Under the pieces are notes generated by a model. The model ran no database searches. It was not told the origin of the DNA and saw only the letters and a list, made by a program, of their open reading frames with translations. 64,000 nucleotides of DNA, from positions 1-64,000 of the forward strand of contig CAZDZV010000003.1 of the NCBI GenBank assembly GCA_964510025.1. The letters are read 5' to 3'. The stretch is from an uncultured Methanosarcinales archaeon (GTDB lineage Archaea; Nanobdellota; Nanobdellia; Woesearchaeales; DATDXC01). The translations under genes and the position numbers were made by a program. Shown here piece after piece: positions 37,435-46,342 of the stretch (its first letter is position 1; each line of letters opens with the position of its first letter).

Positions 37435-38366
37435 TCTGGCTTTTTTAAAAGAAAGACTATTGCATTGCCAAATTTATAAATTCCTGGGATGCTCCTTTGG
37501 TCATTGGCTTTCTGCAGCTTTCTGTCTAATTTTCCTGCTAATTTTCTTGACAATTTAGCAAGGCTTTTGGAGTAGAATCCTGCACCATCAAACCGTAATA
37601 TCTTAAAGCCGGCTTTTTTCGATAGCCTGCTGAGATCTTGAAAAGAGAATGCCCTTTTCTTAATAGGATTCTCCCTAAGCATAATAAGCCTTTTTCTGTA
37701 TCTTTTTATAGGTTTTGAAAAAGGGGATAGGGCTGACGTAATCCAAATTGCAGGATGCAGCAAAAAGGTACCTGTCCAGCTAAGTTCATATTCAGATCCA
37801 ATGAAAAGAAAAATAAGGGCGCGAACAATCTTCAAAGGACTGTCAATGCAGCCAACTCCATATTTCTTGTTGTTCTGGGTCAAGATGAAATAGCCGCCCG
37901 GCTTCAAGACCCTCTTGGCTTCTTTCATGCATGCAAGGGGATCCTGAAGATAATGCAGAACCCCAAGCTCCAAAACGCAATCGAAACTATTGTCCTTAAT
38001 ATCCAGGTTTTCCACATTTCCAACCTTGAAGTGAAATTTTGCGTCTGTCTTTATGTTTTTGCAGTTTTTTGTTGCCAAATTCTTGAATTCTTGTGAGATA
38101 TCTATGCCTGTTATATCAAGGCCCCTTCTCAGCACTTCCATCGCCGTAGTACCTGCACCATAACCCAGTTCCAGAACCTTAGCATGCCTTTTGAGGTTCA
38201 GGCTATCCAAGAATTTCAGGACTCTCGATTCCCTTATACGGAACCTGATGCCCTGATAATCATAATAGACTTCGCAACCTTTTTTGTAGTACTCTAATGT
38301 TCTTTTGACTTCCTCAGGACTATTCCACTTATTCTTCACATATTTAAGATGAATATCCTGATTCAT
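37431..38366 (-). CDS. class I SAM-dependent methyltransferase, paralog of the neighbour
   Basis: VLELGYGAG, GIDIS, DNSFDCV, RVLKPGG; aligns over its full length with 36514..37434. Confidence 0.92.
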   Translation of the reverse strand: MNQDIHLKYVKNKWNSPEEVKRTLEYYKKGCEVYYDYQGIRFRIRESRVLKFLDSLNLKRHAKVLELGYGAGTTAMEVLRRGLDITGIDISQEFKNLATKNCKNIKTDAKFHFKVGNVENLDIKDNSFDCVLELGVLHYLQDPLACMKEAKRVLKPGGYFILTQNNKKYGVGCIDSPLKIVRALIFLFIGSEYELSWTGTFLLHPAIWITSALSPFSKPIKRYRKRLIMLRENPIKKRAFSFQDLSRLSKKAGFKILRFDGAGFYSKSLAKLSRKLAGKLDRKLQKANDQRSIPGIYKFGNAIVFLLKKPE

Positions 38367-38445
38367 TGTTGATAGTTTTCAATCTTGCTTTAAAAGTTTT
38401 TCGTTCAGAGTTAACTTTATAAATGGGCGCTTATTATTTGGGGTC

Positions 38446-38943
38446 ATGGGGAAATTAATCTGGATTACAGGTCTGGCAGGTTCCGGAAAAACCACCATCG
38501 CCAGAAAGCTCTATTCAAAATTAAAGGAAAAAATGCAATGCGTAGTCCATTTTGACGGAGACGATGTGAGGCATATTCTAGGAGACGTCTATGGCCACAA
38601 CATAAAGGACAGGATAACTACAGCGTATATCTACTCCAGGCTATGCAGTTTTCTGACAAGCCAGGGAATAACAGTTATCATGAGCACTATCTCATTGTTT
38701 CATGAGATTCAGGATTATAATTCAAAAAATAATGAAGAATATTATGAAATATTGCTGGATGTTTCTAAAGATGAGCTGTTAAGGAGAAATCAGAAGAAGC
38801 TGTATACACATGTCAGGAAAAATGTGATGGGTATGGACCTGAAACCTGAATTTCCCAAAGAGCCTGCTCTGATTCTGCCAAACAACAACATAAATGAGCT
38901 GGAAGAAAATATAAAAAGGATAACTGAACTGATCCTAAAATGA
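38446..38943 (+). CDS. APS-kinase-like kinase (Cj1415-like cytidine diphosphoramidate 3'-kinase)
   Basis: WITGLAGSGKTTIA, DGDDVR, STISLF, RRNQK.LY, NVMGMD. Confidence 0.85.
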   Translation: MGKLIWITGLAGSGKTTIARKLYSKLKEKMQCVVHFDGDDVRHILGDVYGHNIKDRITTAYIYSRLCSFLTSQGITVIMSTISLFHEIQDYNSKNNEEYYEILLDVSKDELLRRNQKKLYTHVRKNVMGMDLKPEFPKEPALILPNNNINELEENIKRITELILK

Positions 38944-39761
38944 TCCCCAAAATCAGATCTGTCTTTTATGCGATCCGCCTCTACGGACTCAGAAGCTTCC
39001 TATACAACGCTGTCTCTATTCTCACAAGCGATTTTATCGTGGTGTCATTCCAGAAAAGCGGGAAGACCAAGTTAAGAGTGATGATAGCAAAAGCACTATC
39101 TCTGAAGTATAACATCAAGAATATAAAGCTGGATCTGCAGCAGATGACCTGGTTCAGGCCAATACCTAACATCCTGATTTCACATGGAGGAAGCACCAAA
39201 GACAACAATAGGCTGAATATAGGTGAAATCTTCAAGAATAAGAAGATAATATATCTTGTCAGAGATCCAAGAGATATCGTGGTCTCTTTGTTTCATGGTT
39301 CAAGGACAAGGGATAAGGTCTACAGCGGAAATGATATCTCAAAATTCATAAGGGACCCTAACTGCGGTTTTTCCAAAATACTGGAATTCTTGAATGACCG
39401 GGCGAGTGAGATGAAAACAAGAAAAAAACCTCACATACTTGTTAAATTTGAAAACCTCAAGAAAGACCCTGGAAAAGAGCTAAAGAGGGTTCTTGATTTT
39501 GTCGGAATATCTGTTTCCGAAGATATCATACACAAGGCTGTAGAATACGGCTCCTTCAGTCACATGAGAAAGATGGAGATGAACGAAGAGATAAAGGACT
39601 ATAGGATGCTGCCTGGAGATAAAAAGGACCCAAATTCATACCGAACAAGAAAGGGAAAAGTGGGCAGTCATAGAGAAGAGCTGAATCCGGAAGATATCGC
39701 TTATGTAAATAATGAGATGAAGAATAAGCTAGACCCGCTATTTGGATATAAGCCAGATTAA
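38940..39761 (+). CDS. sulfotransferase-fold protein
   Basis: 5'-PSB loop SFQKSGKT, 3'-phosphate motif YLVRDPRDIVVS, KFENL, RKGKVG; ATGA-coupled to the kinase. Confidence 0.88.
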   Translation: MIPKIRSVFYAIRLYGLRSFLYNAVSILTSDFIVVSFQKSGKTKLRVMIAKALSLKYNIKNIKLDLQQMTWFRPIPNILISHGGSTKDNNRLNIGEIFKNKKIIYLVRDPRDIVVSLFHGSRTRDKVYSGNDISKFIRDPNCGFSKILEFLNDRASEMKTRKKPHILVKFENLKKDPGKELKRVLDFVGISVSEDIIHKAVEYGSFSHMRKMEMNEEIKDYRMLPGDKKDPNSYRTRKGKVGSHREELNPEDIAYVNNEMKNKLDPLFGYKPD

Positions 39762-41203
39762 GATTTCAGGAATTTTCTAGGACTTAGCGATGAAAAGGCA
39801 ATTTCCAAATCTTCTTTGGTTATTTCTTTGATTACTATAAGAACAAACAGATATACCAAGACAAGCAGAATAAAGTATCCGATAAACATGATTCCGGAGC
39901 TATATAAAAATCTGGATAGGATGTATATTATTGCTGTAGCAAGCGTAATTCTCGCAAGCGATACAGGGCTGATGAGGGTTTTAAATCTGGTCAGTACATA
40001 AACAGAAGCAAGAAGGAAACCAAAGATAGCAGCGGCCAAAGTAGCGATCGCTGCCCCCCTAAGAGCCAGCAGCGGAACTAGAATAATATTCAGGATTAAA
40101 CATACTGCCAATGACAGCGATGCAAAAATAAACGTCAACATAGGCTTATTTGCGCCTGCAACAAATGAACATAATATCATGAATATAGAAAAAAATGTGA
40201 ATGCAAACACCAGTATGCTCATCACAGGAGCAGCTTTCATAAATTCAGATGAGTAGAGCAGATTCATTATCTGGGTGGAATAGCTGCTTATAAGAACTGT
40301 AACCGGAAATAAAATTAGAACAGTGTACCTTAGGGCCTGGTTGATATATTTTTTTGTGAGCTTATAGTCCCTTTTTGCCACAGATGCAGAGATTGATGGC
40401 AGCATAGTCATAGGAAGTGCTGTAAATACAGATAGTGTTATCCTTGAAAGGGTGTTTGCTGCTGTATAATACCCGGTCAATATGTCCTGCTGCAAGATCC
40501 TTTTAACTGCCAACAAACCCAGGTCATTTGTGGTTATAGTCACAGCATAGAAAAGCGTCAGGGGAAGGGCAAATTTCAGCAAAGTGAGCTTATTGAATTT
40601 ATGATCACTTTTTTTTATTTTAGTGAATCTTAATACAACCATACATGCTATCAAAGGAGCTAATATGTATGCTGCTATAGCTCCAAAAAGACCAAAACCA
40701 AGGTAGACCAACAGGAAAGCAAATATAACCTTAAAGATGGAATGAACTGTCTCAGAAATCGCCTGGTTTTTGAACTGTCTTATGCCATTGAGATAACCTT
40801 TTGAGTAAATACCATAAATGCCTAAAGGAAGTACAATAAATGCAGACAACCTTATAAGTCCTGCAAGCGATGGATCCCTGAACAGATGCGCTATGTTCTC
40901 TGAAAAAAACAGATAAATGGACAGACAGATTCCTATCAAAATAAGCTGCAATTCCGCACCTGCTTTTAGGACTGCATCTGCCCTTGTCCTGTTTTCAGAT
41001 ATGAATTTAGTTACAGCTCTTGGAACTCCTGTTAAAAAAAAGGTTTTTGTGATCAATACCAATGACAGAATGAATCCCAGATCCCCATAAATCTCCACAC
41101 CCAGCATGCGGGCAAGACCTATATGGATCAAATACCCAGAAAGCATTATGGTCAGCTGGGCTACCATAAGGTAGACTGTGCCTCTTGCCACTACATTCTT
41201 CAT
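39758..41203 (-). CDS. oligosaccharide flippase (Wzx/MOP family)
   Basis: About 14 TMs; LARMLG.E.YG, G.Y.AA, LN.IL.P...L.GAAIAT. Confidence 0.9.
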   Translation of the reverse strand: MKNVVARGTVYLMVAQLTIMLSGYLIHIGLARMLGVEIYGDLGFILSLVLITKTFFLTGVPRAVTKFISENRTRADAVLKAGAELQLILIGICLSIYLFFSENIAHLFRDPSLAGLIRLSAFIVLPLGIYGIYSKGYLNGIRQFKNQAISETVHSIFKVIFAFLLVYLGFGLFGAIAAYILAPLIACMVVLRFTKIKKSDHKFNKLTLLKFALPLTLFYAVTITTNDLGLLAVKRILQQDILTGYYTAANTLSRITLSVFTALPMTMLPSISASVAKRDYKLTKKYINQALRYTVLILFPVTVLISSYSTQIMNLLYSSEFMKAAPVMSILVFAFTFFSIFMILCSFVAGANKPMLTFIFASLSLAVCLILNIILVPLLALRGAAIATLAAAIFGFLLASVYVLTRFKTLISPVSLARITLATAIIYILSRFLYSSGIMFIGYFILLVLVYLFVLIVIKEITKEDLEIAFSSLSPRKFLKS

Positions 41204-41907
41204 TCTAACCTATGGTTCCAGACTAGCTGTCCAACCGCTTTCCTGGACAATTCCAGGACAAAAAAGGCTGTATAAACCATCAGGGTATATTCAGAAAAGC
41301 CCAACAATACGCCCAGAAACATCAGGTTGAACGGATACTCCAGCCTAAACAGTTCAAAAATAAAATAGAGAAAATCATTTTGGCTCTTGAGCTCTGAACC
41401 TTTTAAGGATTTTTCTATTCTTAGCCTTTGCTTATCAGGGTACCAAAGCGGATTCAGTGTGATTGCCTTATTCAGCAGAAAGGCAACAGCACTAACAATA
41501 CCAAGCATTATAAATAATAAATTACCGGTGGAATTATAAAGGCCAAGGCCGAAACAAACCAGAAGAAACGGATCAGCTACATAATGGCCGAGCCTATCCA
41601 AATAGACACCATTCAGGGAGAACTGGTTCTTATATCTGGCAACAATTCCATCAGCGCAGTCAATGATGAACATCGACTGGAACACCAAAAGTGCAACAAG
41701 GGTTATGATATAGTCTCCGGCAAGCAGAAAAAAGGCAGAGACTATCTGCACAAGGATCCAGAGCACAGTAATCTGATTTGGCGTAAGGTTAATATAAAGG
41801 AATAATCTAGCAGGATAGTATGCAAGATAGTCAACAACAGGATAAATCAGGCCTCTTCTCTTGCTTTTTGTCCTTTTCCTTAATTGCCCTATGGTCGGTA
41901 TTTTCAT
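41200..41907 (-). CDS. CDP-alcohol phosphotransferase family protein
   Basis: TPNQIT and DCADGIVARYKNQFSLNGVYLD signature. Confidence 0.9.
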   Translation of the reverse strand: MKIPTIGQLRKRTKSKRRGLIYPVVDYLAYYPARLFLYINLTPNQITVLWILVQIVSAFFLLAGDYIITLVALLVFQSMFIIDCADGIVARYKNQFSLNGVYLDRLGHYVADPFLLVCFGLGLYNSTGNLLFIMLGIVSAVAFLLNKAITLNPLWYPDKQRLRIEKSLKGSELKSQNDFLYFIFELFRLEYPFNLMFLGVLLGFSEYTLMVYTAFFVLELSRKAVGQLVWNHRLE

Positions 41908-42785
41908 TTCTTTTCCATATCAGCCAAGAGACCAAAAAAAATTATCTGTATGCCTACCATTATCAACAGCACACTCAATATAGCAGATCCCAGGTGACGC
42001 ATCCTCCCAGTTATCAGGAACAAGTAAACAAGCCATAAACCAATTATAAACCCAGGAATCAGGAACAATGTTCCCATAGTGCCGAAAAATTTTAACGGCT
42101 CGTAGTCTCTATATGTTCTGAGTATGTTGATCCATGCTTTTATTGCGTAGTCAAAAGGATTACTGATAAGCCTGCTTTTGCCAGGTCTTTTTGCAAAATA
42201 TATGGGTATTTCCTTTATCTTAAATTTCTGCTTCACTGCACGGATTATCTGTTCCTGGGTATATGTATGTGTCGATCTCAGGTAAATTTCTTCAGCCACC
42301 GTACGGGTGAATGCTCTGAAGCCAGTCTGGGCATCTGTGATCTTCAGACCTACAATGCTGGATATCACCTTTGAGAAAGCCAGATTACCAAGACGTTTGA
42401 TAGCCGGCATATGCTCAATCTTTCCTTTGAATCTGGATCCCAAAACCAGATCATAGCCGTCCTCTATAGATGTGATTAGCTTAGGTATATCGCTGGCCAG
42501 ATACTGTCCATCTGCATCTGTGTGGATGATAACATCAGGATTATGCTCGAGGCATTTTTCAATTTCTGTCCTAAAGGTCTCAGCCAGCCCATAATTCTTT
42601 GGATGCGAATATACTGCTGCTCCTTTTGATTTAGCAATTTCAGCTGTCTTATCCTTGCTTCCATCATCTACAATAATCACCTCATAACTGTAGCCTGAAG
42701 CAGCCATAACTTCCTTTATATTGTCAATTACTTTTCCTACTGTCTTTTCCTCGTTATATGCCGGGATTGTAATTACTACCTTCAT
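41904..42785 (-). CDS. GT2 glycosyltransferase with C-terminal TMs
   Basis: IPAYNEE, VDDGSKD, DADGQY, GSRF, DAQTGFRAF. Confidence 0.92.
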   Translation of the reverse strand: MKVVITIPAYNEEKTVGKVIDNIKEVMAASGYSYEVIIVDDGSKDKTAEIAKSKGAAVYSHPKNYGLAETFRTEIEKCLEHNPDVIIHTDADGQYLASDIPKLITSIEDGYDLVLGSRFKGKIEHMPAIKRLGNLAFSKVISSIVGLKITDAQTGFRAFTRTVAEEIYLRSTHTYTQEQIIRAVKQKFKIKEIPIYFAKRPGKSRLISNPFDYAIKAWINILRTYRDYEPLKFFGTMGTLFLIPGFIIGLWLVYLFLITGRMRHLGSAILSVLLIMVGIQIIFFGLLADMEKK

Positions 42786-42813
42786 TTTATAACAGTGTGA
42801 TTTATTTGCCCAT

Positions 42814-43587
42814 TTAAAAACTTTTGCCTGAAGCCTTGCTCACGATTAATTCCATCTTCGGATTTAACCTGAGAAAATAAAGAAGTCTTATGAGCGGAGA
42901 TAATAGTCTATATTTTTTTGCCATCCTCTCCATCCCTATATCCCTGTATCTAAGATTATTCTTTTTAAGGATTTTATAGATGTAAGGTGCTTTTACGAAG
43001 TTCAGATGCTGTACATATCTGTCTTTTCTTCCAAATATGATGAGATTCAGCTTATTAATTACCCTATTTTTTATAGGTATCCAGGGTATCCCGTAATGCC
43101 TCTCATAGGGGACCATGTAGTTAGGAACCCTTAGGTAGATTATTCCCCCTTTTTTTGTGACTCTTTTCATCTCGACAACAGTTTTTTCGATATTATCTAC
43201 ATGCTCCAGCACAGAATTGCAGACCACTATATCAAAGAAATTATCTTTAAAAGGGTTTTTTTCCCCATATCCCTGCTTTATTGTGCATTTCTTATATCCA
43301 AAAAGCAGCTTAGCTATCATTATCCTTTCTGGATTAGGCTCTAAACCATAGCATTTCGCCCCCTTTAGGTATGCTTCAAACAAGGGGCCGCCCCAGCCAC
43401 ACCCAACATCAAGTAGCTTCTTATCCTTCAAAGAAACGACCCTACTTAACTTGGATATTACATCTTTTCCGATCTTTCTGTTTATCCTATCCCTTATCCG
43501 CCTCTTGTAGTCCTTGGTTAAGCCTAACTCAGAAATGTACATATCTTTGAGGTTATGTGTGATCTCTGCGATATACTTACTATTCAT
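42814..43587 (-). CDS. class I SAM-dependent methyltransferase
   Basis: LLDVGCGWG, FDIV..NSVLEHV, RVTKKGG. Confidence 0.9.
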   Translation of the reverse strand: MNSKYIAEITHNLKDMYISELGLTKDYKRRIRDRINRKIGKDVISKLSRVVSLKDKKLLDVGCGWGGPLFEAYLKGAKCYGLEPNPERIMIAKLLFGYKKCTIKQGYGEKNPFKDNFFDIVVCNSVLEHVDNIEKTVVEMKRVTKKGGIIYLRVPNYMVPYERHYGIPWIPIKNRVINKLNLIIFGRKDRYVQHLNFVKAPYIYKILKKNNLRYRDIGMERMAKKYRLLSPLIRLLYFLRLNPKMELIVSKASGKSF

Positions 43588-43596
43588 GATTTTTCC

Positions 43597-44565
43597 TCAA
43601 GATATTTTAGAAGATGCTTCGAGCCTATGGGCTATTTTCAGAACATCCAGCGCTGCTTCCCCACTTATTGGGGAAGGTTTGTCAGATTCTACGCACCCGA
43701 TGAACGCTTCTATTTCAGCCAGCAAAGGCTCCTTTTTGTCTATATTAATCACAAGCTCTTTGCCTTCTGATACACTGTCGAATGATTCTGGCTGCTTGTT
43801 ATACGATGGATTCTCATAAAATTTCAGGTCTTGGGTTAGGTAATCTGCCTTAAACATACCCTTTTCCCCAAACACAGATATCTCCCTAATTTTTTTGGGT
43901 GATAGATAGTTAATATTCAGTGTAGCGAGCACATCATTCTCATAAACCATAAGGGAAGTAAGCGAATCCTCGAATTTGGGATGCAGCTTCTGCTGTGTTT
44001 CTGCATGTATCCTCTTTACATTGGAATTGATAAGATAGTTGATAATATCTATATCATGGACAGAAAGATCGATAATTACCCCAACATCTGCTATCCTGCT
44101 AGGAAAGGGCCCAATCCTCTGAACGTCTATTTTGTATATTGTCCCTAATTCGTTTTTTTCCATCCTCTTCTTTAGCTCTATAATGGCAGGATTAAACCTT
44201 TCGATGTGGCCTATCATTAACTTGACAGGCTTGCTGTTCGCTGCATTGATGATATCTTCTGCTTTTTTCTCGTTTATTGCAATAGGTTTTTCCAGAAGAA
44301 TGTGGATACCTCTATCCATGAAGGCAACAGCAACATCTCTATGCATCTTGGTCGGCACAACTATGCTAGCAATATCGATATCTTCTTTATCCAGCAATTC
44401 ATGATAATCGGTATAATATTTTGCATTAAACTTCTTGGCTACGGCCTTTGCTGTTCGCTCCTTGGTATCGCATACTGCAACCAAGTCAACCCCCCCTAAT
44501 TGGCTGTATATCCTAGCATGATTGATACCCATGAGGCCTACTCCAACAACGACGGCTTTTAACAT
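43597..44565 (-). CDS. Gfo/Idh/MocA oxidoreductase (WbpB-like UDP-GlcNAcA 3-dehydrogenase)
   Basis: GVGLMG.NHAR, VPT..H, EKPIA, GHIERFNPA, DL.VHDID. Confidence 0.9.
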   Translation of the reverse strand: MLKAVVVGVGLMGINHARIYSQLGGVDLVAVCDTKERTAKAVAKKFNAKYYTDYHELLDKEDIDIASIVVPTKMHRDVAVAFMDRGIHILLEKPIAINEKKAEDIINAANSKPVKLMIGHIERFNPAIIELKKRMEKNELGTIYKIDVQRIGPFPSRIADVGVIIDLSVHDIDIINYLINSNVKRIHAETQQKLHPKFEDSLTSLMVYENDVLATLNINYLSPKKIREISVFGEKGMFKADYLTQDLKFYENPSYNKQPESFDSVSEGKELVINIDKKEPLLAEIEAFIGCVESDKPSPISGEAALDVLKIAHRLEASSKIS

Positions 44566-45647
44566 TTTTTTATGATACCTATAATCTTTTCTATCGATGG
44601 CCTGTCTACACCCGGATGAACTGGTATGCTTAGGACCTTTTTGGACATTTCTTCGGCAACCGGGAAATCACCTTTTTTATATCCGAATCTTCTGTAGAAA
44701 TGCGCTAGATGCAGGGGCTGAGGATAATAAATATTTGCGCCTATGCCATTGTCCCTCAGCCTTTCTAGAAGCTGGTCTCTGCTCAGTTTATATCCATCTA
44801 CCTTAATGGTGTACTGATGAAAGACATGCCTATTCCCCCTCCTAACGTGTGGGACTATAATCCCCTTGATCTCATCCAGCCCTTCTGAAAGCAACTTTGC
44901 ATTTTCAATCCTTCTACTATTCAGCATATCGATTTTCTTCAGCTGCACTAACCCAATAGCTGCCTGGATATCTGTTGCCCTATAGTTGTAACCCAGATCA
45001 ACATAGTCGTATCTACCGGCCTGGCCATGGTTGATGAATCTTCTTGCCTTATCAGCTGCATCATCATCGTCAGTAGTTATCATCCCACCTTCACCGCTCA
45101 CAAGATTCTTTGTAGCGTAAAGACTGAAGGCACTTACATTCCCAAATGTGCCTGCCTTTTTTCCATCTGATTCTGCGCCTACTGATTGGCATGCATCCTC
45201 AACAATCTTTAGGTTGTTTTCTTGCGCCAACTTTTTTATTTGCCTGTAGTCATATATCTGGCCATATAAATCTACAGGGACTATAGCTCTTGTTTTATCT
45301 GTAACGGCCTTTTCCACAGAAACCGGATCAATATTAAAAGTGTCTGGCCTGATATCTGCAAAAACAGGAGCGGCTCCCTGCATCAGTATGGTGCTAGCTC
45401 CAGCAACAAAGGTAAAAGCACTTGTTATAACTTCATCTCCTTTATTAATACCCATAGAATTCAGACAGGTATGCAAAGCAGTTGTTCCGCTGCTGGTCAT
45501 AATGGCATGCTTTGACTGACAGAAACTGGCAAACCTTTCCTCAAACTCCGATGTTACCCTTCCTTGCGTGAGCATCCCCGATTCTAGTACTTTTACTACA
45601 GCATTTATCTCTTCTTTTCCTATCTGAGGCTTGGCAATCGGTATCAT
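44559..45647 (-). CDS. DegT/DnrJ aminotransferase (WbpE-like)
   Basis: SSGTTALH, EDACQ, FSLYATKN..SGEGG, GYNYR. Confidence 0.93.
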   Translation of the reverse strand: MIPIAKPQIGKEEINAVVKVLESGMLTQGRVTSEFEERFASFCQSKHAIMTSSGTTALHTCLNSMGINKGDEVITSAFTFVAGASTILMQGAAPVFADIRPDTFNIDPVSVEKAVTDKTRAIVPVDLYGQIYDYRQIKKLAQENNLKIVEDACQSVGAESDGKKAGTFGNVSAFSLYATKNLVSGEGGMITTDDDDAADKARRFINHGQAGRYDYVDLGYNYRATDIQAAIGLVQLKKIDMLNSRRIENAKLLSEGLDEIKGIIVPHVRRGNRHVFHQYTIKVDGYKLSRDQLLERLRDNGIGANIYYPQPLHLAHFYRRFGYKKGDFPVAEEMSKKVLSIPVHPGVDRPSIEKIIGIIKKC

Positions 45648-46342
45648 AGGCTACTATACCTTTTTTTGTATTCTTTGAAAGCTTCCATTAATTTGGACTC
45701 CTGCTCTGGAGGCACTGCCTTGAAATAGCTCCCTTCAGCCACAGGCTTAAAGTCTCTTTTTCCTTTTTTCAACAGATCCAGCGACTTCAGCATAAGCTCC
45801 TGTTCTTTGTCCTGGATCCTCAGGAATATATCTACTAGGGTATCATCCGGAAAGACATCTATATCTTCCTTCATTACAAGCCTTCCTTTGTCTATCTCCT
45901 CACTTATCAGATGGCATGATACTCCTTGTTTGATGCCCTTGAGGATGGCCCATTTTAGGTTGTCCAGCCCCCTATTAAACGGAAGCAATCCAGGATGCAT
46001 ATTCAGTATGCCAATCTGGAAGCACTCTATCGTCTCTTTCTTCAGTATCCTCGCCCCAAGAATCACCCCTAAGTCTAAGGCATAATCCCTGATCAGGTCG
46101 TGACATGCTTTGCTGTTATGGGCAACCACATGATAAGGTATTCCCAGTTTTTGGGCAATCTTCCTTGGATGGGTGTAGTGCAGGCCTTTTGGCGATACGC
46201 GTATCTTTGACTGATAAAAATTTAGCTTGACCTTATCAGCAGCCAATATGCATTCAGGCATATGGCCATTAAGGAAGAGATTAATGAGACCTTCCTGTGT
46301 TTTTTTATGTTCAAAGTTATAAGCGAAAATACCTATTTTCAT
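45644..46342 (-). CDS. sugar N-formyltransferase
   Basis: NMHPGLLPFNRGLD, GVSCHLI..EIDKG. Confidence 0.85.
   Translation of the reverse strand: MKIGIFAYNFEHKKTQEGLINLFLNGHMPECILAADKVKLNFYQSKIRVSPKGLHYTHPRKIAQKLGIPYHVVAHNSKACHDLIRDYALDLGVILGARILKKETIECFQIGILNMHPGLLPFNRGLDNLKWAILKGIKQGVSCHLISEEIDKGRLVMKEDIDVFPDDTLVDIFLRIQDKEQELMLKSLDLLKKGKRDFKPVAEGSYFKAVPPEQESKLMEAFKEYKKRYSSL

Noticed and set aside
38446..38943. Gene symbol cysC (sulfate activation)
   Set aside because: No ATP sulfurylase in the window, CysC C-terminal motifs are missing, and the context fits Cj1415. Sulfation is not fully excluded.
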